Shown here: in pieces, positions 1 through 10,952 of the stretch
How the letters are laid out: each line of letters opens with the position of its first letter
Position numbering within the stretch: position 1 is the first letter of the stretch
Assembly: GCA_964291675.2 (NCBI GenBank)
Contig: OZ219866.1
Location: forward strand, 288,001-352,000
Direction of reading: 5' to 3'
Length of the DNA stretch: 64,000 nucleotides
Source: Alphaproteobacteria bacterium
GTDB lineage: Bacteria > Pseudomonadota > Alphaproteobacteria > MPNO01
The notes under the pieces: generated by a model
Told to the model about the DNA's origin: nothing
What the model saw: the letters and a program-made list of their open reading frames with translations, nothing else
Databases searched by the model: none
Translations under genes and position numbers: made by a program

Positions 1-311
<311 letters not shown>

Positions 312-399
312 GGCAGGCGCGTCCGAACGCACGCTTCCGATGCCGGGGCTTTACACTTATAAGTTTATCGTGGGTTGACAATTACGCGCATGGGGAGCA

Positions 400-2790
400 A
401 TGCGGTTTAGACGGCGGCGCGGCTTCAGATCCTGGCTGCGGCGGATCGCGGCGGCCCTCGCGGTTCTCGCGGTCGCGGTCGTCGGCGGTGCCTATCTGCT
501 GCTCGAATCGGCGCGGCCGCAAACCGAGGGAACGATCGAGCTCGCCGGGCCGAGCGCGCCGGTTTCGATCCTGCGCGATCGCTACGGCATCCCGCGCATC
601 GCCGCCCGGAACGAGCGAGACGCTTATTTCGCCCTGGGCTATGTCCATGCCCAGGACCGTTTCTTCCAGATGGAGTTCATGCGCCGGCTGGGCGCCGGAC
701 GCCTGTCGGAGGTCGTGGGATCGTCGACCCTGTCGATCGATCGCTGGATGCGCGTGCTCGGTCTCTACCGCCTGGCCGAGGCCTCGCTGAACCGGCTCTC
801 CCCGCAGGTCGTCGACGGCCTCGAAGCCTATGCCGACGGGGTCAACGCCTATCTCGACTCCCATTTCGGGCTGGTCTCGGTCGAGCTCGCGATCATGCTG
901 ACGGTGCCGGAGAAATGGCGCCCGGCGGATTCGCTGGTCTGGGGGCGGCTGATGGGAATGCGGCTGTCGGGCAATTCGCATGCCGAGACGCTGCGCGCCC
1001 GGCTCTCCGACCTTCTGCCGCCCGAACGTGTCGACGAGCTGTGGCCCGACATCGCCCGCGACGCGCCGCCGACGATTTCGGCGCTCGGCCGGGCGGGCCG
1101 GTTCCCGTCGCTGTTCGCGGACTGGCCCGCGGCGATCGCGCCGGTCACCGCTTCGAACGTCTGGGCGGTCTCGGGATCGCAAACCGCATCCGGCCGCCCG
1201 ATCCTCGCCAACGACCCCCATCTCGGTTACCGCGCGCCGGGGCTGTGGTACCTGGCGCGGATCGAGACCCCGGGCCTGACGCTCGTCGGAGCGACCGTGC
1301 CGGGCGTTCCGATGACCATACTCGGCCATAACGGGTCGATCGCCTGGGGCCTGACGACCACGGACAGCGATACCCAGGACCTGTTCCTGGAGCGCGTCGA
1401 TCCCCTGGACCCGAACCGCTACCTGACCCCCGAAGGATCGCTTCCCTTCGGCATGCGGGTCGAACGGATCGGGGTGCGGGGCGGCGAGGACGCGACGCTC
1501 GTCGTGCGCTCGACGCGGCACGGGCCGGTGATTTCGGATGTCGACGAGAAAGCCGCGGGCATCGCCGGCTCGGGCCATGTGGTGGCCCTCGCCGCGGCGG
1601 CGCTCCGCGAAGACGACATGACCGGGGAGGCGGTCTGGCGGCTCAACCGGGCGCGCGGCTGGGAGGACTTCAACGCGGCGCTCGCCTCGTTCCACGCGCC
1701 GCATCAGAACGTCGTCTATGCCGATACCGCCGGCAATATCGGAATCGTCGCGCCCGGGCGGGTGCCGATCCGGCGGGCGGGCGACGGGCTCTACCCGGTG
1801 CCGGGATGGACCGGGGAGCACGACTGGACGGGGTTCATCCCCTATCCCGAGCTGCCCCGCCTCTTCAACCCGGCGAGCGGGCGCATCGTCAACGCCAACC
1901 ACCCGGTGGTCGGTCCCGACTACCCCTATCGCCTCGGCCACGGGGACACCCCGCATTACCGGGCGACGCGGATCCACGCGCTGCTCGATTCCGGCGGATC
2001 GCGGACCCCGGCCGGAGCGGGCGCGATGCAGAACGACTCGGTCTCCCTCGCCGCCCGCGAGCTGCTGCCGGAGATGCTGCGCGTGGTGCGCGAGACCGAC
2101 CCGCGGTCGGGCGCGGTCGGGCGGCTGCGCGCGTGGGACGGCACGATGGATCGGCGCCGGGCGGAGCCCCTGATCTTCGTGGCCTGGCTGCGCGCGCTCA
2201 ACCGCCGCCTCTACGGCGACGAGACCGGCGAGGTGTTTGAGGATATGTGGCGGCTCAGACCGGTATTCGTGCGCCGGACGCTGGAGCGCGGCGCCGCCTG
2301 GTGCGACGACGTCGCCACCCCCGCCCGCGAGACCTGCGGCGAAATCGTCGGCGCGGCGCTCGACGACGCGCTCTCCGAGCTCCGCGCACGGTTCGGCGAC
2401 GACCTGGCCGATTGGCGCTGGGGCGACGCCCATTACGCGCATTTCCGCCACCCGGTTTTCGGCTGGTTGCCGGTCATCGAGCGCATCGCCGACATCCGCG
2501 TCCCGGCCGATGGCGGCGCGTTCACCGTCAACCGCGGGCAGCACCGCTCCGCCCGCGACGACGCGCCCTATGCCAGCGTCCACGGCGCGGGTTACCGCGC
2601 GGTCTACGACCTCTCCGATCTCGACCGCTCGCTGTTCATCCAGGCGACCGGGCAGTCCGGGCACCTGACATCGCCGCACTATCGCGACCTCACACCGCTT
2701 TGGCGGGACGGGGTCTTCCTCACCCTCGGCCCGATCGCCGCCGACGCCGATGAAGCGATCAGCCTGCTTACCCTGATGCCGCGCCGGTGA
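400..2790 (+). CDS. Penicillin acylase family (Ntn hydrolase) protein
   Basis: N-terminal TM segment, RDRYGIPRI, GYVHAQDRFFQME, nucleophile motif ASNVWAV, LANDPHL, GQSGH. Confidence 0.92.
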   Translation: MRFRRRRGFRSWLRRIAAALAVLAVAVVGGAYLLLESARPQTEGTIELAGPSAPVSILRDRYGIPRIAARNERDAYFALGYVHAQDRFFQMEFMRRLGAGRLSEVVGSSTLSIDRWMRVLGLYRLAEASLNRLSPQVVDGLEAYADGVNAYLDSHFGLVSVELAIMLTVPEKWRPADSLVWGRLMGMRLSGNSHAETLRARLSDLLPPERVDELWPDIARDAPPTISALGRAGRFPSLFADWPAAIAPVTASNVWAVSGSQTASGRPILANDPHLGYRAPGLWYLARIETPGLTLVGATVPGVPMTILGHNGSIAWGLTTTDSDTQDLFLERVDPLDPNRYLTPEGSLPFGMRVERIGVRGGEDATLVVRSTRHGPVISDVDEKAAGIAGSGHVVALAAAALREDDMTGEAVWRLNRARGWEDFNAALASFHAPHQNVVYADTAGNIGIVAPGRVPIRRAGDGLYPVPGWTGEHDWTGFIPYPELPRLFNPASGRIVNANHPVVGPDYPYRLGHGDTPHYRATRIHALLDSGGSRTPAGAGAMQNDSVSLAARELLPEMLRVVRETDPRSGAVGRLRAWDGTMDRRRAEPLIFVAWLRALNRRLYGDETGEVFEDMWRLRPVFVRRTLERGAAWCDDVATPARETCGEIVGAALDDALSELRARFGDDLADWRWGDAHYAHFRHPVFGWLPVIERIADIRVPADGGAFTVNRGQHRSARDDAPYASVHGAGYRAVYDLSDLDRSLFIQATGQSGHLTSPHYRDLTPLWRDGVFLTLGPIAADADEAISLLTLMPRR

Positions 2791-4010
2791 CTGTCTCGCT
2801 GGACGATGTGAAGGCGGCCGCCCGGGCGATAGCCGGCAGCGTGATCGAGACGCCAACGGTCCACTCGCCGAAGCTGTCCGACCTGCTGGGCGCCCATATC
2901 GGCCTCAAGCTGGAGAACCTGCACTACACCGCCTCGTTCAAGGAGCGGGGCGCGCTGAACTGTCTGCTCGGTCTGGACGATGCCCGGCGGGCGGCCGGCG
3001 TGATCGCCATGTCCGCCGGCAACCATGCCCAGGCGGTTGCCCACCACGCGCGCAGGCTCGGCATCGCGGCAACGATCGTCATGCCGGGCAACACGCCGTT
3101 CCAGAAGGTCGCCAATACCGAGGCGCTGGGCGCCACGGTGATGCTGGAGGGAGACGACCTCGCCGAATCGGCCGCCGTCGCCGCCCGCGAGGTGGAGACG
3201 CGCGGGCTGGTTCTCGTGCACCCGTATGAGGATCCGCGAGTGATCGCCGGCCAGGGCACGGTCGCCCTGGAGATGCTGCAAGCCGCGCCCGATCTCGACA
3301 TGCTGGCGGTGCCGGTGGGCGGCGGCGGGCTGATCGCCGGCTGCATCGTGGCCGCCCGGGCGATCAAGCCGGACATCGAGATCGTCGGGGTCCAGGCCGC
3401 CCGCTGCCCGGCGATGCTGGCGGCGATCGGCGGGACCGACCCGGAGATTCGCACCGACACCCTGGCCGAAGGAATCGCCGTCAAGCGGCCCGGGCGGACG
3501 ACGCGCGCCATCATCGCCGGGTCGGACACCGACATCCTGCTGGTCGAGGAAGGCGAGATCGAGAGCGCCATCATGCTGCTCGCGGAGGCGGAGAAGCTGG
3601 TGGTCGAGGGCGCGGGGGCGGCCGCGCTGGCGGCGGTCCTCGCGCATCCCCGCCGGTTCGCCGGTCGCCGCGTCGGCGTGGTCGTCTCGGGCGGCAATAT
3701 CGACCCGCGGCTGCTCGCCGGTGTGCTGATGCGCGGGCTGGTCCGGCTCGGCCGGCTGGTGCGTCTCAGGGTGGAGATCGACGACCTGCCGGGCAGCCTG
3801 GCGCGGCTGACCCGCACGGTCGGCCGGCTGGGCGGCGACATCGTCGAGGTCGAGCACCAGCGCTGGTTCCACGACGTGCCGGCGCGCAAGACGCTGGTCG
3901 ACCTGCTGGTCGAGGTCCGCAGCCCGGGGGAGGCCGACCGGCTGGTCGCCGGGCTGACGGAAGAGGGCTATGCCGTCAGCCGCCGGGGCTCTACGTCCGA
4001 GATGCGCTGA
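2787..4010 (+). CDS. ilvA: Threonine/serine ammonia-lyase with C-terminal ACT domain
   Basis: SFKERGA PLP lysine, SAGNHAQ, VGGGGL, SGGNID; GTGA overlap with upstream gene. Confidence 0.88.
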   Translation: MTVSLDDVKAAARAIAGSVIETPTVHSPKLSDLLGAHIGLKLENLHYTASFKERGALNCLLGLDDARRAAGVIAMSAGNHAQAVAHHARRLGIAATIVMPGNTPFQKVANTEALGATVMLEGDDLAESAAVAAREVETRGLVLVHPYEDPRVIAGQGTVALEMLQAAPDLDMLAVPVGGGGLIAGCIVAARAIKPDIEIVGVQAARCPAMLAAIGGTDPEIRTDTLAEGIAVKRPGRTTRAIIAGSDTDILLVEEGEIESAIMLLAEAEKLVVEGAGAAALAAVLAHPRRFAGRRVGVVVSGGNIDPRLLAGVLMRGLVRLGRLVRLRVEIDDLPGSLARLTRTVGRLGGDIVEVEHQRWFHDVPARKTLVDLLVEVRSPGEADRLVAGLTEEGYAVSRRGSTSEMR

Positions 4011-4500
4011 CCGCCGCCTCGCCGGCCAGCGCGTTGTAGCGGCCCCGATAGAAGAGCAGCGGCCGGGAGTCGTCCTCGCGATAGGCCATCTCCCGGACGC
4101 GTCCCACCACGATGACGTGGTCGCCCCCCTCGTGGATCGCATGGGTATCGCATTCGAGGTTGGCGAGGCATCCGGGCAGGATCGGGCTGCCCGTCTCCCA
4201 CGTGCTGTAGGCCACCCCGTTCCACTTGTCGGGCTGCGAGCGGGCGAAGTTGGCCGAAACGCCCTCCTGGTCCTCGCCGAGCACGTTGACCGCGAAATGC
4301 CTGGACGAGTGGAACGCCTCGAAGCTCATCGCCTTGTAGTCGAGACAGAACAGGCAGAGCGGCGGTTCGAGCGAGAGCGAGGTGAAGGAATTCGCGGTCA
4401 CGCCGTACGGGGTCCCGTCCGCATCGACCGTGGTGATCACGGTAATGCCGGTCGCGAAACAGCCGAACGCGTCGCGCAAATCCCTGGGATCCAAAGTCAT
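3991..4500 (-). CDS. Flavin reductase (HpaC/RutF-like)
   Basis: FATGITVIT, TANSFTSLSLEPPL, GGDHVIVVG, PLLFYRGRY. Confidence 0.92.
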   Translation of the reverse strand: MTLDPRDLRDAFGCFATGITVITTVDADGTPYGVTANSFTSLSLEPPLCLFCLDYKAMSFEAFHSSRHFAVNVLGEDQEGVSANFARSQPDKWNGVAYSTWETGSPILPGCLANLECDTHAIHEGGDHVIVVGRVREMAYREDDSRPLLFYRGRYNALAGEAAVSASRT

Positions 4501-4584
4501 CTCGCCTTCCGTCGTCCTGCCCCGCCGCGCTCGCTTCGGCCAGTGTACTTGAGCCGGACAGCGGCTTCAAAGCGGGGCGGCGGG

Positions 4585-5007
4585 TCAGGACTTGGCGGCG
4601 GCGGCGAAATAGACCCCGCGCCCGCTGGCGATCAGCCGGTCCTCGCCGTCGTGGACCGACGCCTCGGCGACGGCGTTGGTGCCGCCGAGACGGACCACCC
4701 GTCCCCGGGCCACCAGGTCGCCGGGCCGGGCGGCGCGGTGATAGTCGACCCTGAGATCCACGGTCGGCACCGGCACCCCCAGCTTGGCGGCGACCGCGTA
4801 ATCCGCCGCCACGTCGACCAGCGCGCCGATGATGCCGCCATGGGTGATCCTGAGCCCGGGATTGGAGATCATCTCCTCGCGCCAGGTCATGCCGATCTCG
4901 ATACCGTCCTCGGTGCAGGAGAGGATGCGGAGCCCCATCCAGGCGTTGAAAGGGGCGGCGACCAGCCGCGCTTCGAGCTCGGCGGCCGCGATCACGTTCT
5001 CGGCCAT
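4585..5007 (-). CDS. PaaI family hot-dog thioesterase
   Basis: HGGIIGALVD and TVDLRVDYHR motifs. Confidence 0.9.
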   Translation of the reverse strand: MAENVIAAAELEARLVAAPFNAWMGLRILSCTEDGIEIGMTWREEMISNPGLRITHGGIIGALVDVAADYAVAAKLGVPVPTVDLRVDYHRAARPGDLVARGRVVRLGGTNAVAEASVHDGEDRLIASGRGVYFAAAAKS

Positions 5008-5269
5008 TCGGGCCTCCCTTGACGGCTGTGTCGGGCGCCGCGCGGCCCGCGTCCAAAGCAGCGGGTCGGGACAGCCCTTTTCCGGGCCGGAGGATACATT
5101 TTAAGCTATTGAATTCCTAGGGTAATTTATGTGACAGACCAGCCGGGTCAAGCGCTCGCGGCGCTGTTCGCGGGGCTTGCCGCGATTTCTTCGGGTGTTG
5201 GCGGGCCGCCGCGGCTCGCCCTATTATCGGGTCCATGACGGGCGCAACGATCGTGGATACGACGCGGCG

Positions 5270-6007
5270 ATGACCGGCCAGCCGCTCCGCCGGCCGGACC
5301 GGATGTTCTTCGGCACCCGCGTGCTGCCCTGCCCCTATCTGCCCGGGCGGCAGGAACGCAAGGTCGTCACCGAGCTCGGCGGTCCCGGCGCCGAAGAGCT
5401 GTACGAGCGGATGTCGCGCGCCGGGTTCCGCCGCAGCCACGGCCTCGCCTACCGCCCCGCCTGCCCGAGCTGCTCGGCCTGCGTGCCGATCCGGATCTGC
5501 ACCGACGGTTTCGAGATGAGCCGGTCGATCCGGCGCGTCGCGCGCGCCAACGCGGATCTCGGCGCAAGCGACCTCGCGGCGGTCGCCAGCGTCGAGCAGT
5601 ACCGGCTGTTCGCCCGCTACCAGCGATCGCGCCACGGCGGCGGCGACATGTCGTCGATGACCTTCGGCGACTATCGCTCGATGGTCGAGGATACGCCGAT
5701 CGACACCAGGCTGATCGAGTTCCGCGACCGGGACGGCATGCTTGTCGGCGTCATGCTGGCGGACCGGCTCGGCGACTCGCTGTCGGCGGTGTACAGCTTC
5801 TTCGCGCCGGACCGGCCGCGCCGCAGCCTCGGCACCTACATGGTCTACTGGCTGGTCGAGCGCGCGGCCGCCTGTGGCCTGGCGCATGTCTATCTCGGCT
5901 ACTGGATCGAGGACTGCGCGAAGATGGCCTACAAGATCCGCTTCCGCCCGGTCGAGATCCTCGGCGCCGGCGGCTGGCAGCGGTATCGGCCGGCGGGCTC
6001 CGGCTGA
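5270..6007 (+). CDS. bpt: Arginyl-tRNA-protein transferase-like (bacterial ATE/Bpt)
   Basis: PCPYLPGRQERK, GFRRS, YRPACPSCSACVP, YLGYWI..KMAYK; ATG at 5270 chosen over the ORF-track start. Confidence 0.9.
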   Translation: MTGQPLRRPDRMFFGTRVLPCPYLPGRQERKVVTELGGPGAEELYERMSRAGFRRSHGLAYRPACPSCSACVPIRICTDGFEMSRSIRRVARANADLGASDLAAVASVEQYRLFARYQRSRHGGGDMSSMTFGDYRSMVEDTPIDTRLIEFRDRDGMLVGVMLADRLGDSLSAVYSFFAPDRPRRSLGTYMVYWLVERAAACGLAHVYLGYWIEDCAKMAYKIRFRPVEILGAGGWQRYRPAGSG

Positions 6008-6017
6008 CCCGCAATTC

Positions 6018-8675
6018 TCAGAAGTCGAGCGAGATGTCGCGGTGGACGGCGAGGCAGCCGGAGAGCGCGCTCGCCTGGTCGCCGGTCAGGCGGTCCTGCT
6101 GCCGGACGCCGATGGTGTCGTGGATGGCGAGGTCGTAGGCGGCGAGCCCGGGCGCGAGCTCGGTCGCCGCGCGCGAACGCCAGGCAAGCTCGGTGCGAAA
6201 CGTCTCGACCGCCTGGTCGAAGTTGCGCATCGCCTTGTCGCGGTCCGGGGTGCGGCGCCGGAGCTCGCGCCGCGCGCGCGACAGCTTGCTGCGGATCTGG
6301 CCGGCGCCGGCGATCTTGCCGATGCCGCGCTCGACCTCGCGCACCGCCTCCATCGCCTGCTTGGGCGCCGCCTCGGCGATGACTTCCCGCAGCCCGAGCA
6401 ACGCGTCTTGCAGCGCCGCCAGCTTGCCCGCATCGCCGATGACGGCGCGCAGCGTGGAGACCGACTCATAGGCGCCGTCGACATTCCGGCGATAGGCGAG
6501 GCGGGCGCGGCGTTCGGCGCCGCTGAGGCTGCGGAAGCGCTTCTCGGTCTCCTTCCAGCCGGCCGGCAGCCGCGCTGCCAGCGCCTGGCGCTCGCGGACC
6601 AGCGAGTCGATCTCGGCGCGCCGCGCGGCGGCGGCGGCGGGGTCTGCAAGGGCGTCGATGCGCCGCAGCTCGGCCTCGAGCGCCTCGCGCCCCTCGTCGG
6701 CGCGGCGCATCGCCGCCTGCAGCCGGCGGACCTCGCGATGGACCGGCTTGTAGGCCGGGCGCATCCGGGCGACCTCCGCCTCCGCCTCGCGCACCTTCTC
6801 GACATGCGCGAACGTCGCCGCCGCGGAATCGAGCCCCTCGGCGAAGGTCCGGCGCCGGGAATCCGGCAGGTAGCTCACGTCGAGACCCCGTGCCGTCCCG
6901 ATCGCCCGGCGGAGCCCGTCCCGCCGCGCGTCGTACTCGCCGAACAGGTGGTCCTCCAGGCAGAGCTGGAGACGCGGGTTCTTGGGCGGCGGCGCGGTCT
7001 CGGAGCTGAGATAGACCCGGTTGGGCAAATAGTTCACCAGCGCCGGGAACAGGCCGACGATGCCGAGCGCCACGAGCTGGAGCAGGATGAACGGCACCAC
7101 GCCGAGATAGATCTGGGTGGTCCTGACCTCGGGCGGCGCGACCCCGCGCAGGTAGAACAGCGCGAACCCGAAGGGCGGCGTCAGGAACGAGGTCTGCATG
7201 TTGACGCCGATCATCACGCCGAGCCAGACCGCGGTGACGTTGGCCGAGGTGTCGGCCAGCAGGATGGGCGCGATGATCGGCACCACCACGACGGCGATCT
7301 CGATGAAGTCGAGGAAGAACCCGAGGATGAAGATCACCGCCATGACGACGGCGAACTTGGTGTAGAACCCGCCGGGCAGCCCGGTCAGGAACTCGCGCAC
7401 TCCCTCCTCGCCGCCGAAGGCGCGGAAGGCGGCGGTCAGCATCGCCGCGCCGAGCAGGATGATGAACACCAGCGAGGTGGTCTTGGCGGTCTCGACCATC
7501 ACCCCGCCCAGCGTGTCGTCGGTCTTGTAGGCGCGCCACGCGCTCCACAGCACCGACGCGACGAAGACCGCCGTGGCGACGGCGGCCAGCGCGACGGCGA
7601 GTTGGTCGGTCCCGGTCTTGATGTTCTTGACGTTGATGTCGAAGAAATAGAGCAGCACCGCCATCGCCAGCACCGAGGCGATGGCGAGCAGCGCCGGCGT
7701 GAACGCGCCCTTCTCGCCGGCATGGAGACGGTAGCCCGCCATGATCAGCGCGCCGACCGCGCCGATGGCGCCGGCCTGGTTGACGGTGGCGATGCCCATG
7801 ATGATCGAGCCCAGCACCAGCAGGATCAGCGTCAGCGGCGGCACCAGCGCCACGAGGACGCGCTGCACGAAGCGCCGGTCGTAGCGCCCCTGGAAGGGCA
7901 CCGGCGGCGCGGTGCCCGGCTTGAGCAGCGACAGGACGAGGATGTAGGTCATGTAGAGCCCGACCAGCACGAGCCCCGGCAGCAGCGCGCCGACGAACAT
8001 GTCGCCCGCGCTGGTCGAGGTGAGGCCGAACTCGGTCGGCATGCTGAACTGGCCGGTTGCCTGCTTGTACTCGGTCGAGCGCAGCGTGCTCGCCTGGTCG
8101 GTGGCGCTGGAAAGCTGGTCGGCGAGAATGATCAGCACGATCGAGGGCGGGATGATCTGGCCCAGCGTCCCCGACGCGCTGATCGTGCCGGTGGCGAGCT
8201 GGCGCGAGTAGTTGTTGCGTAGCATCACCGGCAGCGAGATCAGCCCCATCGCGATCACCGTCGCGCCGACGATGCCTGTGGTCGCGGCCAGCAGGGCGCC
8301 GACGAAGACGACCGCGACCCCGAGCCCGCCCGGGATCGGCCCGAAGAGCTGCGCCATGGTGACCAGCAGGTCCTCGGCCACCTTGGAGCGTTCGAGCATG
8401 ATCCCCATGAAGACGAAGAGCGGGATCGCGATCAGCGTGTCGCGCTCGACCTCCCAGTAGATCCCGCGGAAATTGGTCACGCCCGCGTTGAGCCACTGGG
8501 TCGGCCCGCCATGGCTGAAATAGGCGTCGGTGTCGCCTTGCAGGAGCCAGCCGGTGAGCGCGGCGAGCCCGATGCTGAGGATCGCCGAGCCGGGCAGCGC
8601 GAAGGCGACCGGGTAGCCCGACGCCAGGGCGAACGCCATCGACAGGATCAGGATGGCGAGAAACAGGGTTTCCAT
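6018..8675 (-). CDS. TRAP large permease (DctM) with long C-terminal helical extension
   Basis: AIPLFVFMG, GTLGQIIPPS, QTSFLTPPFG motifs followed by about 330 aa soluble tail. Confidence 0.9.
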   Translation of the reverse strand: METLFLAILILSMAFALASGYPVAFALPGSAILSIGLAALTGWLLQGDTDAYFSHGGPTQWLNAGVTNFRGIYWEVERDTLIAIPLFVFMGIMLERSKVAEDLLVTMAQLFGPIPGGLGVAVVFVGALLAATTGIVGATVIAMGLISLPVMLRNNYSRQLATGTISASGTLGQIIPPSIVLIILADQLSSATDQASTLRSTEYKQATGQFSMPTEFGLTSTSAGDMFVGALLPGLVLVGLYMTYILVLSLLKPGTAPPVPFQGRYDRRFVQRVLVALVPPLTLILLVLGSIIMGIATVNQAGAIGAVGALIMAGYRLHAGEKGAFTPALLAIASVLAMAVLLYFFDINVKNIKTGTDQLAVALAAVATAVFVASVLWSAWRAYKTDDTLGGVMVETAKTTSLVFIILLGAAMLTAAFRAFGGEEGVREFLTGLPGGFYTKFAVVMAVIFILGFFLDFIEIAVVVVPIIAPILLADTSANVTAVWLGVMIGVNMQTSFLTPPFGFALFYLRGVAPPEVRTTQIYLGVVPFILLQLVALGIVGLFPALVNYLPNRVYLSSETAPPPKNPRLQLCLEDHLFGEYDARRDGLRRAIGTARGLDVSYLPDSRRRTFAEGLDSAAATFAHVEKVREAEAEVARMRPAYKPVHREVRRLQAAMRRADEGREALEAELRRIDALADPAAAAARRAEIDSLVRERQALAARLPAGWKETEKRFRSLSGAERRARLAYRRNVDGAYESVSTLRAVIGDAGKLAALQDALLGLREVIAEAAPKQAMEAVREVERGIGKIAGAGQIRSKLSRARRELRRRTPDRDKAMRNFDQAVETFRTELAWRSRAATELAPGLAAYDLAIHDTIGVRQQDRLTGDQASALSGCLAVHRDISLDF

Positions 8676-9673
8676 CAGCCGCTCTCGCCCGGCTCGGGCT
8701 CATCGAGCAGGGTCGCGGCGTTGGCGAGGAACTGGCTGAGGAACTGGGCCAGCATCGACAGCGCGTAGACCAGCAGGAACCCGGCCATCAGGTACTTGAC
8801 GTACATGCCGTAGCCGCTCTGCGAGACCTCGAAGCTCAGCAGCGGCGCGTTGATCAGGTTGGACTTGTCGGCCAAGCCGCGGGTCAGGATCACCCAGCAG
8901 AGCGGCACGCCGAGCAGCGCCGCGCCGAGCGCGTTGGCCCACGCCTTGCCGCGCGCGCCGAACCCGGTGTAGAGCACGTCGACCCGGACATGGCCCTCGT
9001 GCAGCAGGGTGTAGGCGCTGGCGAACAGGAACAGGGCGGCGTACCAGAACCGGACCAGGTCGCCCATGAAGGCCTGCTCGTAGGAGAACACGAAGCGCGC
9101 GATGACGATCTGCAGCTCGGCCAGCACGATCAGGAAGGCGAGCCAGGTGAACCCGACCGACCGGGTGAGCGCGGCGATGACCAGGGCCACGCCGATCAGC
9201 GGGTAATGCACGAACTCGCCGCGGAATCGCGACCGGCCGAGGGACTCGGCGAGCTCGGCGCCGACCGCGCCGACCAGCAGGTCCTCGACGCGCAGGAACG
9301 AGATCGTCATGTCCACCAGCCCGACCAGCAACACCCCCCAGAAGGCGGCGCGCGCGATATAGGCGGCGGCGGCGGACAGTATCTCGGCGTCGCTCCGCAT
9401 CGGCCGGCCGCGCCACCAGGCATAGGCGAAGGGCGCCAGCACCGCCGCCGCATAGGCCGCGAGCTGGAGCCAGCCGAGCGCCGCCCCGGCGGCGTCGAGG
9501 CCGGACCCCTTCGGGGCATGGCCCAGCACGCCGAGATGGCCGAACAGCCCTTCCAGCCCGGGCCAGCCGCGCCAGAAGATGAGGTAGTTGCAGACGGTGA
9601 AGACGAAGGCGACCGCGGCGGTCGCGAGGGCGAGCCCGCGCAGCGCGGTCGCCGGCCAGCCGGCGGCGGTCAC
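8675..9673 (-). CDS. TRAP small permease (DctQ), N-terminally extended
   Basis: YTLLHEGHVRVDVLY motif; between dctP and dctM. Confidence 0.85.
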   Translation of the reverse strand: MTAAGWPATALRGLALATAAVAFVFTVCNYLIFWRGWPGLEGLFGHLGVLGHAPKGSGLDAAGAALGWLQLAAYAAAVLAPFAYAWWRGRPMRSDAEILSAAAAYIARAAFWGVLLVGLVDMTISFLRVEDLLVGAVGAELAESLGRSRFRGEFVHYPLIGVALVIAALTRSVGFTWLAFLIVLAELQIVIARFVFSYEQAFMGDLVRFWYAALFLFASAYTLLHEGHVRVDVLYTGFGARGKAWANALGAALLGVPLCWVILTRGLADKSNLINAPLLSFEVSQSGYGMYVKYLMAGFLLVYALSMLAQFLSQFLANAATLLDEPEPGESG

Positions 9674-9774
9674 CCGTGCGCCCCGCCGGCGGCCGGAGGG
9701 CCGAAATATCGCATACGTCTACGCCGCGTGGCGGACGGGCGGCGGTACCGCCCCTCCGCCTTGCGACCTACGCG

Positions 9775-10869
9775 TCAGACACCGAGCACGCGGTTGCGCT
9801 GTGCGAGATAGGCCTGATCGGCGATCTTGGCCCATCCTCCGACATCCTTGCGCGTCTTGAGGAAGCTCTCGTGGATCCGGTTGGCCAGGTCGCTGTGCGC
9901 GCGTACCGTCTCGAACACCTCCGCGGAGCCCTCGCCGAAGCTGTCATAGACGTCGTCGTTGAACCGGCGCAGCTTGACGCCGTGATCGGTGAGCAGACGG
10001 GTAAGCGCAGCGCCGTTCTTGGCGTTGTACTCCGCCATCATGATGTCGTTCTCCGCCGCGGCGAGAGACTCGATGATGGTCTGGTCGGACTTGGAGAGCT
10101 TGCCCCACCAGGATGCGTTCATGCCGAACGAGAGCATCGTGCCGGGCTCGTGCATGCCCGGGTAGTAGTAGTACTTGGCGGCTTCGTAGAACTTGAGGAA
10201 GCTGTCGTTCCACGGCCCCACCCACTCGGTGGCATCGATCGCGCCGGACACCAGGTTCTCGTAGATCTGGGCCCCCGGCAACGAGACCGGCGAGGCCCCG
10301 AGCTTGGCCATGACGTCGCCGCCGAGCCCGGGAATACGCATCTTGAGGCCCTTGAGATCGTCCGACGAGTTGATCTCCTTGTTGAACCAGCCGCCCATCT
10401 GGACGCCGGTATTGCCGGCCGCGAGGCATTTGAGGCCGAACTTCCCGGCCAGCTCGTCCCACAGCTCCTGGCCGCCGCCGAAGCGGATCCAGGCGTTCAC
10501 CTCGGTATAGGTGAGACCGAAGGGCACGGAGGAGTAATACGCCCAGCCGGGATGCTTGCCTTTCCAGTAGTAATCGGCCGCGTGGTAGGCCTGGGCGTTG
10601 CCGGACGCGACCTCGTCGAAGGAATCGAACGCGCCCACCCGTTCGCCCGCGGCGAAGTATTGGACATGGATGCGGCCGTCGGTCGCGTCGTTGATGCGCT
10701 TGGCGAGGCGCTGCGCGCCGGTCCCGAGCCCCGGGAAGTCGCGCGGCCAGGTGGTGACCATGACCATCTCGATGCGCTTCTGCGCGATGGCGGGGGCGGC
10801 GAGGGTGGTCGCCGCGGCCGCGCCGGCGACGCCCGCGCCGGCCTTGGTAAGGAAATTGCGTCTCTTCAT
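9775..10869 (-). CDS. TRAP solute-binding protein (DctP/TakP-like), Tat signal
   Basis: MKRRNFL twin-arginine signal, GNTGVQMGGWF, LKMRIPGLGG, YYYPGMHEPG. Confidence 0.93.
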   Translation of the reverse strand: MKRRNFLTKAGAGVAGAAAATTLAAPAIAQKRIEMVMVTTWPRDFPGLGTGAQRLAKRINDATDGRIHVQYFAAGERVGAFDSFDEVASGNAQAYHAADYYWKGKHPGWAYYSSVPFGLTYTEVNAWIRFGGGQELWDELAGKFGLKCLAAGNTGVQMGGWFNKEINSSDDLKGLKMRIPGLGGDVMAKLGASPVSLPGAQIYENLVSGAIDATEWVGPWNDSFLKFYEAAKYYYYPGMHEPGTMLSFGMNASWWGKLSKSDQTIIESLAAAENDIMMAEYNAKNGAALTRLLTDHGVKLRRFNDDVYDSFGEGSAEVFETVRAHSDLANRIHESFLKTRKDVGGWAKIADQAYLAQRNRVLGV

Positions 10870-10952
10870 CGGGAGGCTCCCTGCTGGACAGATGTCGCCG
10901 ATTCTGTAGCAGATTCGCCGCCGCGGCTCAATTTCCGCGGCCGGGAGACATC

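Noticed and set aside
382-2856. 824-aa minus-strand ORF and other long antisense ORFs (5742-8222, 16959-20120, 28125-30188, 62117-63979)
   Set aside because: Shadow frames of recognisable genes in high-GC DNA; no motifs
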